From Neocallimastix sp. 'constans' (Eukaryota), in assembly GCA_050613775.1 (NCBI GenBank), contig JBODTK010000150.1:62001-126000 (forward strand): a stretch of DNA of 64,000 nucleotides, written 5' to 3'. Made by a program: the position numbers and the translations under genes. The notes under the pieces are model-generated. The model saw nothing but the letters and a program-made list of their open reading frames with translations. It was not told the DNA's origin and ran no database searches. Below, piece after piece: positions 63,201-64,000 of the stretch (positions are counted from its first letter, which is position 1; every line of letters starts with the position of its first letter).

Positions 63201-64000
63201 TTTAATAGTAAGATATCTATTTATCTCTTTTTTTTCTTTTTTTTTTTTTTTTATTTTCCAAAATTATAATATAAATATAGATATTTTAAATAGATATATA
63301 TATAGTTATAGATATAGATATAGATATTGGTTCCACCTATAAGTATAATCTATAAAGATAAAAAATGATGAATATAAATTTAATCAACGACTAACTACAA
63401 TAAATAACAAAAAAAATAAAAAAAAAGTTAAGAAATAATTTTATATGAAATTAAAATTTAAAAAAAAAAAAAATCAAAATAATTAATTGATAAAAATGTA
63501 AAGTCTTTTATTATATCTATAGATATTTTCATAACATTAAAAATACTTAAATATATATTGATAATACTTCTTAAAAGTACTTGAAATAATTAATTAAATT
63601 AACGAAAATATTTTAATTGTATTAATTGAAATAATAATATAATAATAATAATTATTATTATTACTATTATTTCTTTTAATTATTATTATTATTATTTTCA
63701 TGATTTTTTGTTAATAATGGTCATATCATGAATACTTTTATAAAATATTTTAATTTTTAAATATTTCTTATATTAATAAAGAGAAAATAAATAAAAAAAA
63801 ATTAAAAAAAAAAATAGATATACTTATTAATTAAAATGAAATAATAATAATATTATTAATATTAAAATAAATTCATATCGATTATAAAGATTGCGTAAGT
63901 TGGTTCAGTCTTAATAATATTAACAAAGTATAAAATTAAAATAAATATTATATAAATAAAATAAAATAAGGTAAAATAATATTAATAATAATTAAAATTT

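Overview
Extremely AT-rich eukaryotic DNA with long homopolymers, microsatellites and GT-AG introns. It looks most like an anaerobic gut fungus (Neocallimastigomycota); this is an inference from composition and gene style. The window is gene-poor and rich in retroelements. Supported genes: a 36-aa OST4 microprotein missed by the ORF track (4425-4535), two near-identical intronless bacterial LmrB-like DHA2 MFS transporters, a four-exon coiled-coil gene with a 17-nt microexon, and one hypothetical ORF. Mobile DNA: three Ty1/copia elements from two families (two decayed copies in opposite orientations, and one very young copy with 338-bp LTRs differing at one base), several LINE remnants, and a foldback/MITE-like inverted repeat. 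Most notable observations: (1) all three copia elements have a primer-binding site complementary to the anticodon arm of tRNA-Lys(CUU), implying half-tRNA-Lys priming; (2) a ~10-kb mirror-ordered degenerate inverted repeat with satellite arrays surrounds a ~3.3-kb core in a gene-free block flanked by retrotransposons (candidate centromere or giant foldback element); (3) a conserved 3'-terminal LINE stem-loop shows compensatory changes and occurs as a 44-bp insertion with a target-site duplication. All alignments and counts were done by eye.
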